From Heteronotia binoei (lineage: Eukaryota): a stretch of 64,000 bases of DNA. A program made the position numbers and the translations under genes. The stretch is taken from positions 44,950,001 through 45,014,000 of the forward strand of contig NC_083243.1 of the NCBI RefSeq assembly GCF_032191835.1, given 5' to 3'. Position 1 is the first letter of the stretch, and each line of letters starts with the position of its first letter. Of the stretch, positions 24,072 through 37,409 are shown piece after piece. The notes under the pieces were generated by a model. The model had not been told where the DNA came from, searched no databases, and saw nothing but the letters and a program-made list of their open reading frames with translations.

Positions 24072-25608
24072 CTCTCTCGGCTTGGCTTCGCGAACGAAGA
24101 TTTAAGAAGGGTGCAATAGTCCACGTTTGCTGCAGGCTCGCTGGTGGCTGACAAGACCAATGTGGGACAGGCAGGTCCGGCCACAGCGGCTGCAGGGAAA
24201 AGTCTGATTTAGGGTTGGTCCTGTAGCAGTGCCATTCTTCCTCAATCTCCTTTTGTCCTCAAGACCAGCTATGCGTGCGTTCTCAAAGGAAGAGACAGCC
24301 TGGTGGATGGTGTGCCTCCATGCTTTGCGATCTGAGGCTAGGTCAGACCACTGGTGATGGTTGATGTGACAGGTGCTAAGGGATTTCTTCAAGGAGTCCT
24401 TGTACCTCTTCTTCGGTGCCCCTCTATTTCGATGACCGGTGGAGAGTTCGCCATACAAGGCAATCTTGGGAAGGCGGTGGTTTTCCATCCTAGAAACATG
24501 CCCTGCCCAGCGCAGCTGCGTCTTCAACAGCAGTGCCTCAATGCTGGTAACCTCCGCCCGCTTGAGGACTTCAGTGTTGGTCACAAAGTCACTCCAGTGG
24601 ATGTTGAGGATGGTGCGAAGGCAGCGCTGATGAAAGCGCTCAAGGAGTCGCAGGTGATGACGGTATAAAACCCACGATTCGGAGCCGTAGATGAGGGTTG
24701 TCATCACAACCGCTTTGTAAACATTGATCTTTGTGCCTTTTTTCAGATGCTTGTTGCTCCACACTCTTTTGTGCAGTCGGCCAAATGCACGGTTTGCCTT
24801 TGCCAGCCTGTTGTCAATCTCCTTGTCGATCTTGGCATCTGAGGAGATGATGCACCCCAGGTAGCTGAACTGCTGGACTGTCTTCAGAACTGATTCACCC
24901 ACAGTGATGCAGGGGGGGTGATAATCTTCCTGGGGTGCAGGCTGGTGGAGAACTTCTGTCTTCTTCAGACTAACTTCTAGGCCGAATAGCTTGGCAGCCT
25001 CTGCAAAGCAGGACGTCATATGCTGCAGAGCTGATACCGAGTGGGAGACGAGTGCAGCATCATCAGCAAACAGTAGCTCTCGGATGAGTTTTTCCATTGT
25101 CTTGGAGTGTGCCTTTAGTCGCCTCAGGTTGAACAGGCTGCCATCGGTGCGATAGCGGATGTATACACCGTCGTCATCATCTAGATCTACTGCGGCTCTT
25201 TGAAGCATCATGCTAAAGAAGATCGTAAAGAGAGTTGGCGCGAGAACGCAGCCTTGCTTTACACCTGTGCCTATTGGGAAGCGCTCTGAGAGGTCGTTGC
25301 AGTGTCTGACTTGGCCTCGCTGGTCTTCGTGTAGCTGGATGATCATGCTGAGGAACCTTGGGGGACATCCTAAACGTTCCAAGATTTGCCACAGGCCTTT
25401 CCTGCTAACGGTATCGAAAGCTTTGGTAAGGTCGACAAAAGTCACATACAGAGCCTTGTTCTGTTCCCTGCATTTCTCTTGGAGCTGCCTGAGAACAAAT
25501 ACCATGTCGGTGGTGCTCCTGTTAGCTCTGAAGCCGCACTGGCTCTCTGGGAGGAGTTCTTCTGCAATGGCGGGCACCAGTCTGTTCAGGAGTATTCTGG
25601 CAAGGTAG
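24072..25608 (-). mobile_element. 5'-truncated RTE-clade LINE, young
   Basis: 11-bp TSD ATTTCCAATCT (24061-24071, 25609-25619), (GA)n tail, uninterrupted RT frame. Confidence 0.95.
24102..25607 (-). CDS. RTE ORF: reverse transcriptase plus C-terminal C2H2-like knuckle (5'-truncated; upstream Met of the ORF track is flanking DNA)
   Basis: PESQCGFR, FVDLTKAFDTV, GVKQGCVLAP, LLFADD, FSYLG, CSRCGRTCLSHIGLVSHQRAC. Confidence 0.92.
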   Translation of the reverse strand, partial: YLARILLNRLVPAIAEELLPESQCGFRANRSTTDMVFVLRQLQEKCREQNKALYVTFVDLTKAFDTVSRKGLWQILERLGCPPRFLSMIIQLHEDQRGQVRHCNDLSERFPIGTGVKQGCVLAPTLFTIFFSMMLQRAAVDLDDDDGVYIRYRTDGSLFNLRRLKAHSKTMEKLIRELLFADDAALVSHSVSALQHMTSCFAEAAKLFGLEVSLKKTEVLHQPAPQEDYHPPCITVGESVLKTVQQFSYLGCIISSDAKIDKEIDNRLAKANRAFGRLHKRVWSNKHLKKGTKINVYKAVVMTTLIYGSESWVLYRHHLRLLERFHQRCLRTILNIHWSDFVTNTEVLKRAEVTSIEALLLKTQLRWAGHVSRMENHRLPKIALYGELSTGHRNRGAPKKRYKDSLKKSLSTCHINHHQWSDLASDRKAWRHTIHQAVSSFENARIAGLEDKRRLRKNGTATGPTLNQTFPCSRCGRTCLSHIGLVSHQRACSKRGLLHPS

Positions 25609-27916
25609 ATTTCCAATCTACCATCTAGAAAATGAAAGTAAATAACAATGAGCTGTGAAAACATCTGGCTTCCCCCAGATTTTATAATACGTATGGGTAT
25701 TTGCCATGTGGTGGCTACATAATGTGTATAAATGATATAAAGTTCATACAACCACACGAGCACACTTGACTTGTGCCCACTTAAACATATTAAACACATG
25801 AAGCTGCCTGATATTGAGTCAGACAGCTGTCAAGATCAGTATTGTCTACTCTGCCTATCACCCTATCCTTTTAAATAAAGATGCTCAAGAGTGAACCTGA
25901 GACCTTCTGCATGTAAAACAGATACTCCCCCATGGCCCTCCCCAGCATAAGCACAGTGTTACCATCACACCAGTACAGGCCTATAGTCTACATTATGTAT
26001 CACAGCATTTGGAATGCTGCTTTGCAAAATTACATTTCTACAATGTGATGGGGATAGAGTTTATGAGAATGTAGTTTGTACACATGCAGCCATTTTTGTC
26101 CAATGAAGCACATATCAATTGCCTCAGCACCTCCAAATAAAGACTCAAGACAACAACATGGGTTTAACTAGCTTACCAATGGATACCTTTCTTGGAAACA
26201 TTCACTCATTTCAATCAGCCTTGTTTATGTCATATAAAAATGAAATGTGCTGACAGGTGCCAAGGTTCCCCTTCCATGATGAGCCACAAGGCCTCTACCG
26301 GGCTTGAAAGATGCTGTTCAAGGCCTGAGGTGCTCCTTCCAGACCCACCCTGCTGTTCCAGATATGTTCTCCATCATACCCTATGTCTCAGAGCCCTTGA
26401 CAACCGTTCTATCTATTGTGAGCAACCAAACCTATTCTTGCCAAACTTGCTATGGCCTAACCAGTTCCCCCTTCTAGTTATGTTTTGAAGCAGGCAAAAA
26501 AGGTCCCCCATCAGACAATCAGGGGAACCCTCGAAATTTCTGCATGGCCTTGAAACCATCAGCAGTAACCAGCTAATCCTACAATATCCTGTGGGTCAGC
26601 AGATAGTGGCAAAAGTCTGACTGGAAGACTATAAGGTGTTTATAAAGACCCTCAGTAGATCTCCACAGAGGCTGTAAGCTTTCAACCCCACCAAGGCTTT
26701 CTTATGCACCATTTGAAAGAAGTGGCTAGGGTGAACAGATCTATGGCTTTAATGCCATGAGTGCTGCTTCCAAAAGGCTTTATGAGTGCCATTTCCAAAA
26801 TGGTGCCAAAAAAAAAAAGGAGCCCATTGTCATTTATGCCTGAGGAGAAGAGAGGGCACACTTGGCCACAGGCAGCAACATAGTGAGCATTACAAAATAG
26901 TGTTATATTTTGGTTTCAGCTGAGCAAAATCACAGCTGCCATTTGTAACTGCCAACTGACCTTCTGAATCTCTTAGTAGAGAAATTCATTACAAGATTTC
27001 GTTATTTATTAATGCAGAAAGTGAATCCACCCCTTCTCCAGAAAAATTGGCTTTTTTTTTCTTTGCACCACTTCATCCTGTTGTTTTCCAGAATAGGAAA
27101 TTTATTGGAGGTTATTTGAACATGAGGTTGAAAAGAAAAGCAGTGTCATGGTTGGGTGCTTGAACTGGGTGCAAAGGCCCTGCACAGAATCTTGAAAATG
27201 TAACCTTTGAATAGACCATTGCTTAAGAAGCTTTCTGATTGTTGCTGAATAATGCTAGCAATGATTACGTTGGTGCAAAATGCATCCCAGATAATCTGTT
27301 TTTAATGTCCAAATAAATAGAGAGCTTTGATTTTTTGTTATTGTTTTTAATCATAAATCCAATCTGCCTAGAGGAAAAGCACTTCTGAAGCCCAACTTCC
27401 AATATTTTTTCTCTTAAATTCTCATCTTACTTGGCTACATTTTATCCAGAAGGCAATGATTAGCATCAGCTTTTTAAAGCGTATCTCACATCACGTCCCA
27501 ATCCTTTATAATCCTTTTCTCCAGTTAGTTTTAAGTGAACACAAGTCAGCATATACAGGGTTTTTTTGCAAGTGCCAGTGGCACTAAATAAAATAAAATG
27601 TTCAGTGGTGCATGAAGGTTACATGATCAGAATATTTGGTTTGCAAATAATGATGACCTGTTCCAATGCCCTTTAACGGGGGCACTATGGTGCCACTACA
27701 AGCGAAATAATGTGGAGCTTAACAAAAACATTATTTTGATGTGGCACAGGGTCTGAAGGACTGCCTCCAGCCTTATTGATTTGTTCTGAGAGCCATGCAT
27801 GGTGCCTCTCTGATGAGACAGACCAAAGCCCAAATAAGAGCCCATGTGTTGTAGAGTTGTCGACCTCCAAGGTGGTAGCTGGTGATATCCCATTATTACA
27901 ACTGATTTCTGGGTGA

Positions 27917-28382
27917 CCAGGGGTCATTTTGTAGAAAAATAGGTGGCAGAGCTCATTGGCATTACTCATTAGTATATGCCCCGCCTCCAGCCAAAAGCAA
28001 CCTGATGCAAGAAAGGAGAGCCCTGGGTGAGCGAGGCCTGCTTGGGTTGGCTAGAGATCCAGCCAGCTAAAGCAGGCCTCACTCTCCTGGGGCTCTCTTA
28101 GGCCACCTCCCCCCACAGTCAAAAGGCCAGCAGCCACCTGCTGCCCAAAATCATATAAGAAGTGGAGAAACAGTGGCATGGGCTTCTCCAGGGGTTAATG
28201 AGGGCTGCTGGGGGTGTGGCAAAACCCCTGATGACTGGCTGGCTGCCCACTCTCCTAATCCAGGGATTGTTATGCAGTTGCACCTACTATTCAATGGACA
28301 AGGTAGGTGGGGAGGGAGAGGGGAAACCCTCAGAAATATCAGGAGCTGTGCTTCTGTGAGCTCCTGCTGAATCTGGCCTGTG
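27917..28382 (+). mobile_element. Non-autonomous DNA-transposon-like repeat
   Basis: Starts CAGGGTCATTTTGTAGAAAAATAGGTGG; a shorter relative is at 53101-53255. Confidence 0.5.
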
Positions 28383-29062
28383 GGTGACAGAAATCAGTTC
28401 ACTTGGAGAAAACTGCTGCTTTAGATGGTGAACTCTATGGTGTTTTATCCCATTGAAGTCCCTCCCAAACCCTGCCCTGGGTCCATAGCCAGGATATAAA
28501 GACAGTAGCATTGTGTAGATGCTCCCAGTAACAGCACTCCAATATGGAAACTAAGGTGGAGCAAGACATTCTTGTGGAAACAAACTAAATTCCAGGAAGT
28601 CCGGTTTCTTTTCCAGTTATGCTCCAGTGGAACAAAATGGTGAGTCACTTTTAAAGTTTAACTGAGCAAAATATGGCACTATTCTGATTTTGATTTTATG
28701 CCACCTCTATGCACTTGAATCTCAAAGGCAGGTTGGTAGGCAGCTATATTTATACAAAATCCATCAAACTAATGCTGAAATGAAATTGACTTATGTAGGC
28801 TGGAGTACAGATTTCTAGAGAATATCTACACATGCCTACCAGCTTCCACTTAGAGCTTGTCCCATTAGTGCTGTCATACTTGGTTATTATTGTTGTTGTT
28901 GATTCAGTTTCAAGCTATGGATATTTTCAGACATTTTGCCAACAGATCTTAGCATCTACAGAATGAATAAAAGCAATGATGACACTGGTATGTCACCCCT
29001 ATATTTTTGTAAGTGAGCTTCATAAGTCAAAGTTTGTCTACCAAGGACTGATGCTAGAATTA

Positions 29063-29810
29063 TAGCCAGTCTGGTGCAGTGGTTAAGTGTCAGGTCTATC
29101 TATCAGGTCCTCGAGCAATTGGCTGTCTGCTTCCTTTCCCATCTCTCTCACTTCCTTCTGCATCACAGCTTGTTTTGTCAAGCTTGCTCAATCACATAGG
29201 CGCTACAGAGAAAAAACCTCTATTTTCTCCATTGGCTGAGGCTCCTCCTTTGGGGAAGAAGTAGGGGGGAGGTAGAGCTTGCTTTGCCATCCTCTCTCAG
29301 TCACAGAGCTACAGAGCTAAGCCTCTCTTTCTCCTGTTGGTTGAGGCTCCACTCCCTTCTGGTTCCCTGATTTCTTAAAAATCTTTGTGTTTGTCTGTGT
29401 CCTTTATAAAATTTATTTCTCTGCTACCTAATCTTAAATAGGTACACACAAGGTTCGGCCCAATATGGTCCAGCCTGGCCTGACAAGGTCTCATTTATGT
29501 CAGATCCGGCCCTCATAACAAATGAGTTTGACACCTCTGGCATAGACTTTAATCAAGGAGGACTGGGTTTGATTTCCCCCTCCTCCACATACACCTGCTG
29601 CTGTGACCTTGAGTCAGTCACAAGTTCTTTCAGAGCTGTTCTCTCAAGAGCTGTTCTCAAAAGAGCTCTATCAGCCCTATCTACTTCACAGGGTGTCTGT
29701 TATGGGGAGGGGAAGGGAATGGAGATTGTAAGCTGCTCTGGGACTCAGAGTGAAGTGGCGGGTATAAATTCATTCTTCGTCTTCTTCTCCTCCTCCCCCC
29801 TCCTCCTCTT
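29063..29810 (+). mobile_element. Squam3-like SINE with a nested truncated hAT MITE (29091-29539)
   Basis: SINE head is broken after GTGGTTAAGTGT. The insert matches 34413-35008 and ends GAGTTTGACACCTCTG. Confidence 0.75.
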
Positions 29811-31194
29811 CCTCCTCTATAAAGAAGCTTAGAACCATAGAAAACTTGGACATATTCTATACCTAGGGATACCTGGACATTTGCCAGTCTGGTTCGAAGC
29901 AGCAATCAGCCAGGTGGGCTGTTTGGGTATACAAAACCTGACAGCCCTCAGATTTCCAGAATACCTGTGAAACTATATTATGAAGAATAAATGTGCTGTT
30001 CAAAGAATGAAACCGCATAAAATATCTTGTTCCAATGCTGTTTGAAAAATTTGGCTGATTCTTCACCTTTTCATTATCCTTCAAGCCTGATGTCCGTTTA
30101 TTATATTTCCATGTTCTACAATGCTTTTACTAACACAGGGTGAGGAAGAAAGATTAGATAAAAGGACACTTTGATCACAGCTCCTCTTATTACCCATTTT
30201 GAGTGCTAAAAATGCTTGTTTTTCTCCCCTCCTTTGGGAAAGGGAATTGAGTGCTTTTCACATGCTGCTTTCTAACCTCTCTCAGGCCACTTTCATTTCT
30301 CCTGATGGCTATAGAAAGCTGAAAACAGACCAGGAAAAATGCTCTCAAACAGGGCAAGGGAAAGAAGACAGGCCTTTCTTATCTGTCCCCATACTACCAA
30401 ACTGCTCCTGCACAGGAAATAAGTACACAGGAAATAAGCATGAGGTAATAAGTGCTGATTTCACATGCCATACCTGCCACAAAGCTATTATCATTTCAGC
30501 CCCAGGTCAGGAAAATGATGCCATCCTACCTTAATGGGTTGTTGTAAAGGTTAAGACAATGTATATTTACAGTATTTTAAACACTTTAAAGAAGTGGGAC
30601 AAGATGCTCCAAAATGTGCAAGGATCAATTTTTATCTGACAATAGAGTGATCCCACTCATAATGGGTATAACTGAACGGGCATAACTGTGAAAAGTGATA
30701 ACATCAAGACTTCAGTCTTCCATAAGTGTGAAGCTGGACAATGATGTTCTGGAAGCATTTAAAGTACTGGGAAGTCATCAAACAAAAGTATGTGTTGACA
30801 TTCCTAAAAGGGGTACTGGTGGGGGTGGGGAGTGCATACATTCTGACCATTGTACGAATTATCATCAGATGTTCAGTCTTATCCAAAACATTTTCATGAG
30901 AGAAGTCAGGGTCAAAGAATAAATGTGCACTTCCATTTGTGTTTTCATGAATCCAAATACATTCCATTGACAAGAAAGATTTTAAAAAATAGTGACCGAG
31001 AGAGAGAGAGAGATACAAAAAATAAACATTTGAGACCCTAGATGTTATTCAAGGGTTGAATCTCTACATTCTTATGGGTTTGGTGACTGAGTGTTCAGTA
31101 AGGATGAAAGAACCGCTCCCCCTTTTTCATTCCATAATTTTGGCCCTTTATGAATTCTACTTTAGGAGATTGATTAAAAAATAGTGGAGCATGA

Positions 31195-31415
31195 ACATGA
31201 ACATATGAACATATGAAGCTGCCTTATACTGAATCAGACCTTTGGTCCATCAAAGTCAGTATTGTCTTCTCAGACTGGCAGCGGCTCTCCAGGGTCTCAA
31301 GCTGAGGTTTTGCACACCTATTTGCCTGGACCCTTTTTTGGAGATGCCAGGGATTGAACCTGGGACCTTCTGCTTCCCAAGCGGATGCTCTACCACTGAG
31401 CCACCGTCCCTCCCC
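31195..31415 (-). mobile_element. tRNA-derived SINE (second family)
   Basis: Minus head GGTGGCTCAGTGGTAGAGCATC...GGTTCAATCCCTGGC (A and B boxes), tail (ATATGAAC)n. Relatives at ~17120-17310 and ~25795-25940. Confidence 0.75.
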
Positions 31416-33284
31416 TAAAGCTTTCAGCTTTGCATATCTGTCATCTCTAAACCAGGGGTCTGCAACATTTTTGAGCCTGTTGACATTTTTGAAATCCGGT
31501 GCAGTAAGGTGGGTGCAACCAGGGGAGGTGAAGCCACACACATACATGTAGTGGAAGTCCAGATGCAGGTGTTAAGAGACTTTTTTTAAAAAAAATATAT
31601 ACACTAGAACAGAAGAGTGAGAGAGAATAAACCCAACACTGTGGTGGCAGCTGATGCTGAAAAAAAAAGTTTAATTTGCACAGCCAATCAGGTCTCCACT
31701 GGCCAATCAGAAGCCCTGTGGGGGCAGCAGCCCTACCTTGCTGCCCCCACTTTCTTAGGGACCCCATTCTAGAAAAAAAATAATGTGCTTCTGTGCATTG
31801 ATAAGAACTGCAAAAAAAAAATCTTGATGTGAAAGTACATATCAGGATTCTTTTTGTGTAACATTCTTTAGATGTGCTCTTAAGTAGGGATGTTTGTACA
31901 CCTGCCAGGTGTACAACCTTTTTGCAAGTAATGGACAGTGAATGTAGCTGTTCACCAGATTGCTTCACTATATTCCTTCTTCTTAACTCTGCAGTACAGC
32001 ATGATTGGCTTTTCATGCAGTCATTTTCACTATTGTACCACCAGAAATCATTTTAAGGACTTTTAAATGTCCCTTGTATAGATGACTGGGGAAGGCAATG
32101 GCAAAGCACCCCATAAAAAGTCTTCCATGAAAACATCATGATGCGACATCACCCCAGAGTTGGAAATGACTAGTGCTTGTTAAAAGCATGGCAATGAAAG
32201 CAATTGAGACGGTCTTTGTGGTGCTTTACCAAAGTACTAGACCATATGTACGCATTACAAAACTACTGCATAAATACACCTAACCATTTTCTGCATTGTT
32301 TATAATACTATGCCTAATACTTATGCTTAGTTTCAGATTTCTGTAATTCCAGTCCTATCACATTGCTAATTAGATGCCTCGTTGTATTGATTGCATTGAC
32401 TTACACAGCATAATCTCCTTTGAATCTCAGTGAGAAAGGTAGACTAGAGATAACATAATTAAAATATATATAATATCAAGACTGCATTTTGCAGCACTGG
32501 ATAAATTCACAAATGCATATCAGCAATAAAAGGAGAAAGTGATGTCAGTGAACTGCACGGAAGAACTGTGGCAAACTAGGAATACTTCAGTTTTAGAATT
32601 AATATTAGAATTTCTAGATTAAACCAGAAGCAAAGGGAACAAGGCACAAGACAGAACAAGATTTCAGAACAATAAAAGAACAGATCTATCAATTAATGTA
32701 CCTAACCTGAGGTTTAAATCAATTCATTGTTGGAGTTATCATCTCAATTCTTCCTAATTACTTTTTTCCCTTATATATTCCTTCAAAGGGCTCTGGGTAG
32801 TGCCTTAGATCTTAACCATAATTTTTTCTCCTAGAATTTTAAAAGTGAATTGTAAAATTACTATGTTTTTTACTGAACCTAAGCCGTACTGTGGACTCAT
32901 TTTCCTTTATAAATACGCAAACATGTGCTTGGCTATATATAGGACCATTCATATAGTATCTGTATCATATCACATATAGTTAACTCTTCAGCAGTTTCTA
33001 CTGGGAGGTGGTGAGCTGCCCCTCACTGGCAGACATTAAGCAGTTTTTAAGACAAACACTTGGGGATGCTCAAGGCTGATCCTGCATTGAGCAGGGAGTT
33101 AGACTAGCTGGTCTGCATGGCACCTTCCAACTCTTTGATTCTATACATATACATGTCATGCATGAACAAAATCCATGAAGGACGTGGGGTTGTAATAAGG
33201 AAAGGAAATGAGTAAGCTTGAGCATAAAGTTGGCAAGATCTGACCTAGTATGCTTCCAAACACCAGATGCTGAGGGTAAACATT

Positions 33285-33480
33285 TTCAGAGGGTAGCCAT
33301 GTTGGTCTGCAGGAGAACCACTAGATTCACTAGACTTGAGTCCATCAGCACTAGCACCTTAGAGACCAACAAGGATTTCATGTTTTAAGCTTTTAAGAGT
33401 CTATGCTGTGACCAAGAGAGCATTGACTTTAAAACATTTACAGCTTAAAAATCTTGTTGGTCTCTATTGGATTTGAATCT
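33285..33480. mobile_element. Decayed Penelope-like inverted terminal pair
   Basis: TAGCACCTTAGAGACCAACAAG ... CTTGTTGGTCTCTA inverted arms. Confidence 0.55.
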
Positions 33481-34412
33481 GGAGATTAACAGTAAAGAAT
33501 GTCTATTGTCATCATACTGTGCTTGCAAGTTTCTCTAGTGACTGTGGGAAAGAGAATCCTGTACTAGATAGACCTTGGTTTGACCCACAAAGACAGTGCT
33601 TGTGCTCTTATTGTTTTCTGGGACTGTGTTCTCTGCATTTTTGTGGTCTATCATTCATTCTCCACATGCCCATAATGGGTGTTGATCCACCTAAACATTT
33701 CAGCAATTCAGTGTTTGAAGAAGATTAGATAGGAGGCTTTGGTAAGTTCAGTAGGGAAATGTCTAAATCTAGATCCAGATCTCTGTGATGTTTGTAAACA
33801 GATTTCTTTCAAATGGTAATGCAAGTCTTTGTTCTCTGTGTCAAAATGTTTGGTGGCTGAAAATGAGAGGGTATGTTGGAAACATTGGCTGGGAAATGAA
33901 TATTTCTCTCCCCCCTCCCCCCAAATTTGCTAAACAAACAGGCTCTCCAGTCAATCCTTTTCCCCCCTTTTTGTTGGCCATTAGCCCTTCTTCTGGCTGA
34001 TTTCCAGTCAGCTAATTATATTGAAGCCTCTGTCAAAATGTTAAACTCTGATTAGTCTTCTGCATCTAAAAAGAGCTTAGCTGAAGCTGTTATTGTTTGT
34101 ACATCCACATCCTACGCGCATTCGCTCAGGAAGTGATAAAGTTGACACAATTAACCGATGGCCTTCTTGAGAACTAATGCCAAGAGGTTTCCTGCTTGCC
34201 TCCGTACAATAGCTGAGAAAACAAGCCACATGACCAGGAAAACCTCATTACTTGCATAGATTCCCCCCCCCCCTTCAAGTTTGAGTGGCACTAGAAACAA
34301 TAGATACCATTTCCCCCCACATTTCAAAAAGGAAATTTGGAGTGATTTTGAAACACTGTTTCCATTCAGTGATGTCTCTGTGTAAGAGTGTAGAAGGAGT
34401 TAATATCTAAGG

Positions 34413-35008
34413 CAGGAGTGTCAAACATGCGGCCTGAGGGCCGAATCAGGCCCCCAGAGGGCTCCTATCAGGCCCCTGAGCAACTGGCTATCATCTGCTT
34501 TCTTCCCCCTCTCTCTTGCTTCCTTCTGCATCACAGCTTGCTTTGCTATGGAGGAAAGCCTCTATTTTCTCCATTGGCTGAGAGTTCTCCCTTGGGGAGG
34601 AAGGGGCGAAGGCAGAGCTTGTTTTTTCAGGCTCTCTCAATTGCACAGCAGAGCTACTGAGCCAAGCCTCTCTTTCTTCTATGGACTGAGGCTCCCCCGC
34701 CCCCGATCCCCTGGGGAAGGAAGGAAAGAGCCAGAGCTTCCTTTGGCCAGTTCCCTGGATCCCATGGGAGAAATACAAAGAAAGCACCTTTAAGACCAAA
34801 AAGTGCTAATGGTTTAAGCATGTTTTATTTTTTTTTTTTCAAAAAAAAATTAATTGTGTTTGTTTGTGTCCTTTATAAAGTTTATGTCTCAGCTACCTAA
34901 TTTTAAACAGGTACACACATGGCCCAGCCCAACATGGCATGGCCCAGCCCGACAAGGTCTCATTTATGTCTGATTCAGCCCTCATAACAAATGAGTTTGA
35001 CACCCCTG
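34413..35008. mobile_element. hAT (Charlie-like) MITE, 596 bp
   Basis: TIR CAGG(A/G)GTGTCAAAC, perfect 8-bp TSD ATCTAAGG (34405-34412, 35009-35016). Confidence 0.9.
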
Positions 35009-35184
35009 ATCTAAGGTGACTTTGATTCAAGTTTTAGGTCCAAATATTTTCAAATTATCTGCTGTTTTGATTTGAAATTTCCATTTCTGTTTCCCTCCTT
35101 CTTTGTGCAAATTGAACCTCTAAATAGTATTTTCTATTTCCTTGTGCCATTTTTTCTCCCCAATAAAAAAGTTATATAATGTGT

Positions 35185-35385
35185 GCTGGTAGTGTAATGT
35201 GCTGCCAAGACACAGCCAGCTTATGCTGACCTGGGTTTTCAAGGCAAGAGATGTTCAGAGGTGGTTTGCCATTGCCTGCCTCTATGTAGCAACCGTGGTA
35301 TTCCTTGGTGATCTCCCACTCAAATACTAACCAGGGCCAACCGGACTTAGCTTCCAAGATCTGATGAGACTGGGCTAGCCTCGAC
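35185..35385 (-). mobile_element. 5S-rRNA-derived SINE with BovB/Sauria-type tail
   Basis: Minus: CCCAGTCTCATCAGATCTTGGAAGCTAAG...GGTTAGTATTTGAGTGGGAGATCACC (5S-like), then GGCAATGGCAAACCACCTCTG. Relatives at ~36926-37090 and ~55780-55985. Confidence 0.7.
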
Positions 35386-37409
35386 TATCCAAGTCATGTA
35401 CACATCCCCTTAAAAGCATTAAGTAGCCATATGCTATTGAGACAATGGGATATTAACTACATTTACAGTGCCAACTAATGCAGTGTTATACATTTCTTAA
35501 TCCATTGAAGTTAGTGGGCTTAGATGTGTTGTACTTGTGTTATAGGATGTTGTAGATGTGTTGTAAGACTGTACAGTTAATCACTCATTGTAATTTGTAA
35601 TCAACCTGTAATCCTTTATTCACCATATAGCTTGGGTGTGATTTTCTTGTCACATCTGTGTGAAATATAGGCTCAGTTGTACAAATGCTATTCCAGCCGG
35701 TCACAGAGATTGATATATAGCGTAGGCCTTAACTGAGCTGATCTTATGCAGAAATCTGTCTATCATGTTTGCAGAGGGCTTAGGTTTTCCTGCTGACCAA
35801 TTCCTTAACACAGCCAACTTATCAAAAGCACATTCTCCACTGTGGAACATGTCCAATTCACCACACTCTTCCATTGTTCCCTTTAGAGTGTATGATGGAA
35901 TGCTGCTATAATTGGGATCCCTTACTTTATGCTTGGCTGGGAGACCTCAGGCACATGTAATGTTATCCACATCCAAATGGACACAAATGTTATCAAAATA
36001 AACCTGTCAAGGAGCCCCTTCTTGTTCTCCCACCCCCACCCCACCCCACTGCCATTCCCCACCATCACTCCAATTGAAATATTAGACTGGTTTTGAGGGG
36101 GTGGTGAGGATAGGACAGGAAGGGGGGGGGAGCCCTCAATTAGGCTGAGCAAGATTGAGATGGAATTTTATATCTGGATGGTATGTTAAGTTCTATGTTG
36201 TTATTGAATCCTGCATTCAATTACACTTCAGCTGTGCTGTTAATGATCCCCTATATAAATATACTGTATCATACCATGGGCTAAGTGTAAGGTAGTTGTC
36301 AAGAGGTCATACTGTTTATAAAAACAGATAAGACACAGTGTGGGCTCAAGCTCTCTGGTCTGCTTTCCTTGAGAAATACAGTTTGATTTTTAACTCTTCC
36401 TGTTCAGTGCACAATCCACCATCCTTTACAGTACAAGGCTTTCCAGCATTTGATAGATGAAAATATGAACGTACTTGCAGTTCTTATACCGAGGATGACT
36501 ATCTGATGTGCACATGCCGCACACATGGATTATTTCATACTGCTGTATGCTCTTCTCTGTTGCTATAAGGTGCATTTGTTTACTTCCCGATCTCCTGTTC
36601 TCTGCTGATCTAAAAGCCAAGTGAGGGTTTCTTCTAAATATAAAATATAACGCATTGCTTTAAAACATATTCTCAATGATTCAACATATACCTTTACTGT
36701 AATTGATGAAATGTTAGGCTATGCACAGCATGGCTCCTTAATATTCATGGGCATTGACATGTATGTACCACCAGAGATAAGATTTATTTATTCCAAAATT
36801 TATTCCCAAAGAGAAATGAGGAGGGGACTAAAACTTGAAAAAAACAATAGCTCTTGCAATGAACATTCAAACTCAAATCCAATTAAGTTTTGCAGAACTA
36901 TATAATACATTCAGGAGGGAAGGCAGCATGGTATAGCCCAATCTTGTCAGAACTTGAAAGTTCAACAGGATTGGTACTTGGAAGGAAGATCTCCAAGGAA
37001 AGCTCTGCAGAGGAAGGCAATGGCAAACCACTTCTGCTTCTTACTTGCCTTGACCCCTTGCTGGGGTCACCATAAGTTTACTGGAACTTGACAGCACTTT
37101 ACGTGTGCACACACACAATATTCATGCCAATCTAGATCTATCAACAGATTAGCTTTGTGATTCTTTTCCAGCTGGAAGTCACGAAGGCATAAAAGACAGT
37201 AGCTAGGACTCTATCTTCCAGCAGAGTCCAGCTGGAAAACCAAATTAAGTTGGTGAAGATTTTTCTGGGCCACAGCTACCACTTGGTAATCTAGGAACAG
37301 TGCTTGGTCCAGAAGCGCCCCCCCCCCCCAGTCTAAAAACTTGTGCCTTTAGGAAGAATGCAACCCCAGTTCTCCAAATAGCAAGCATTTTTTCCAGCCA
37401 CCCCATCCA

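Noticed and set aside
25609-25799. N-terminal 60+ aa of the 565-aa ORF as part of the RTE protein
   Set aside because: Lies outside the TSD; it is flanking host DNA open by chance.
26300-26800. Possible decayed DIRS RH/MT remnant
   Set aside because: Only a faint IL...WP..F resemblance across frameshifts; not supportable.
31340-31415. tRNA gene
   Set aside because: A and B boxes only, no full cloverleaf; continuous with a SINE body and tail.
35300-35385. 5S rRNA gene
   Set aside because: Partial, diverged, and fused to a BovB/Sauria-type tail, so it is a SINE head.
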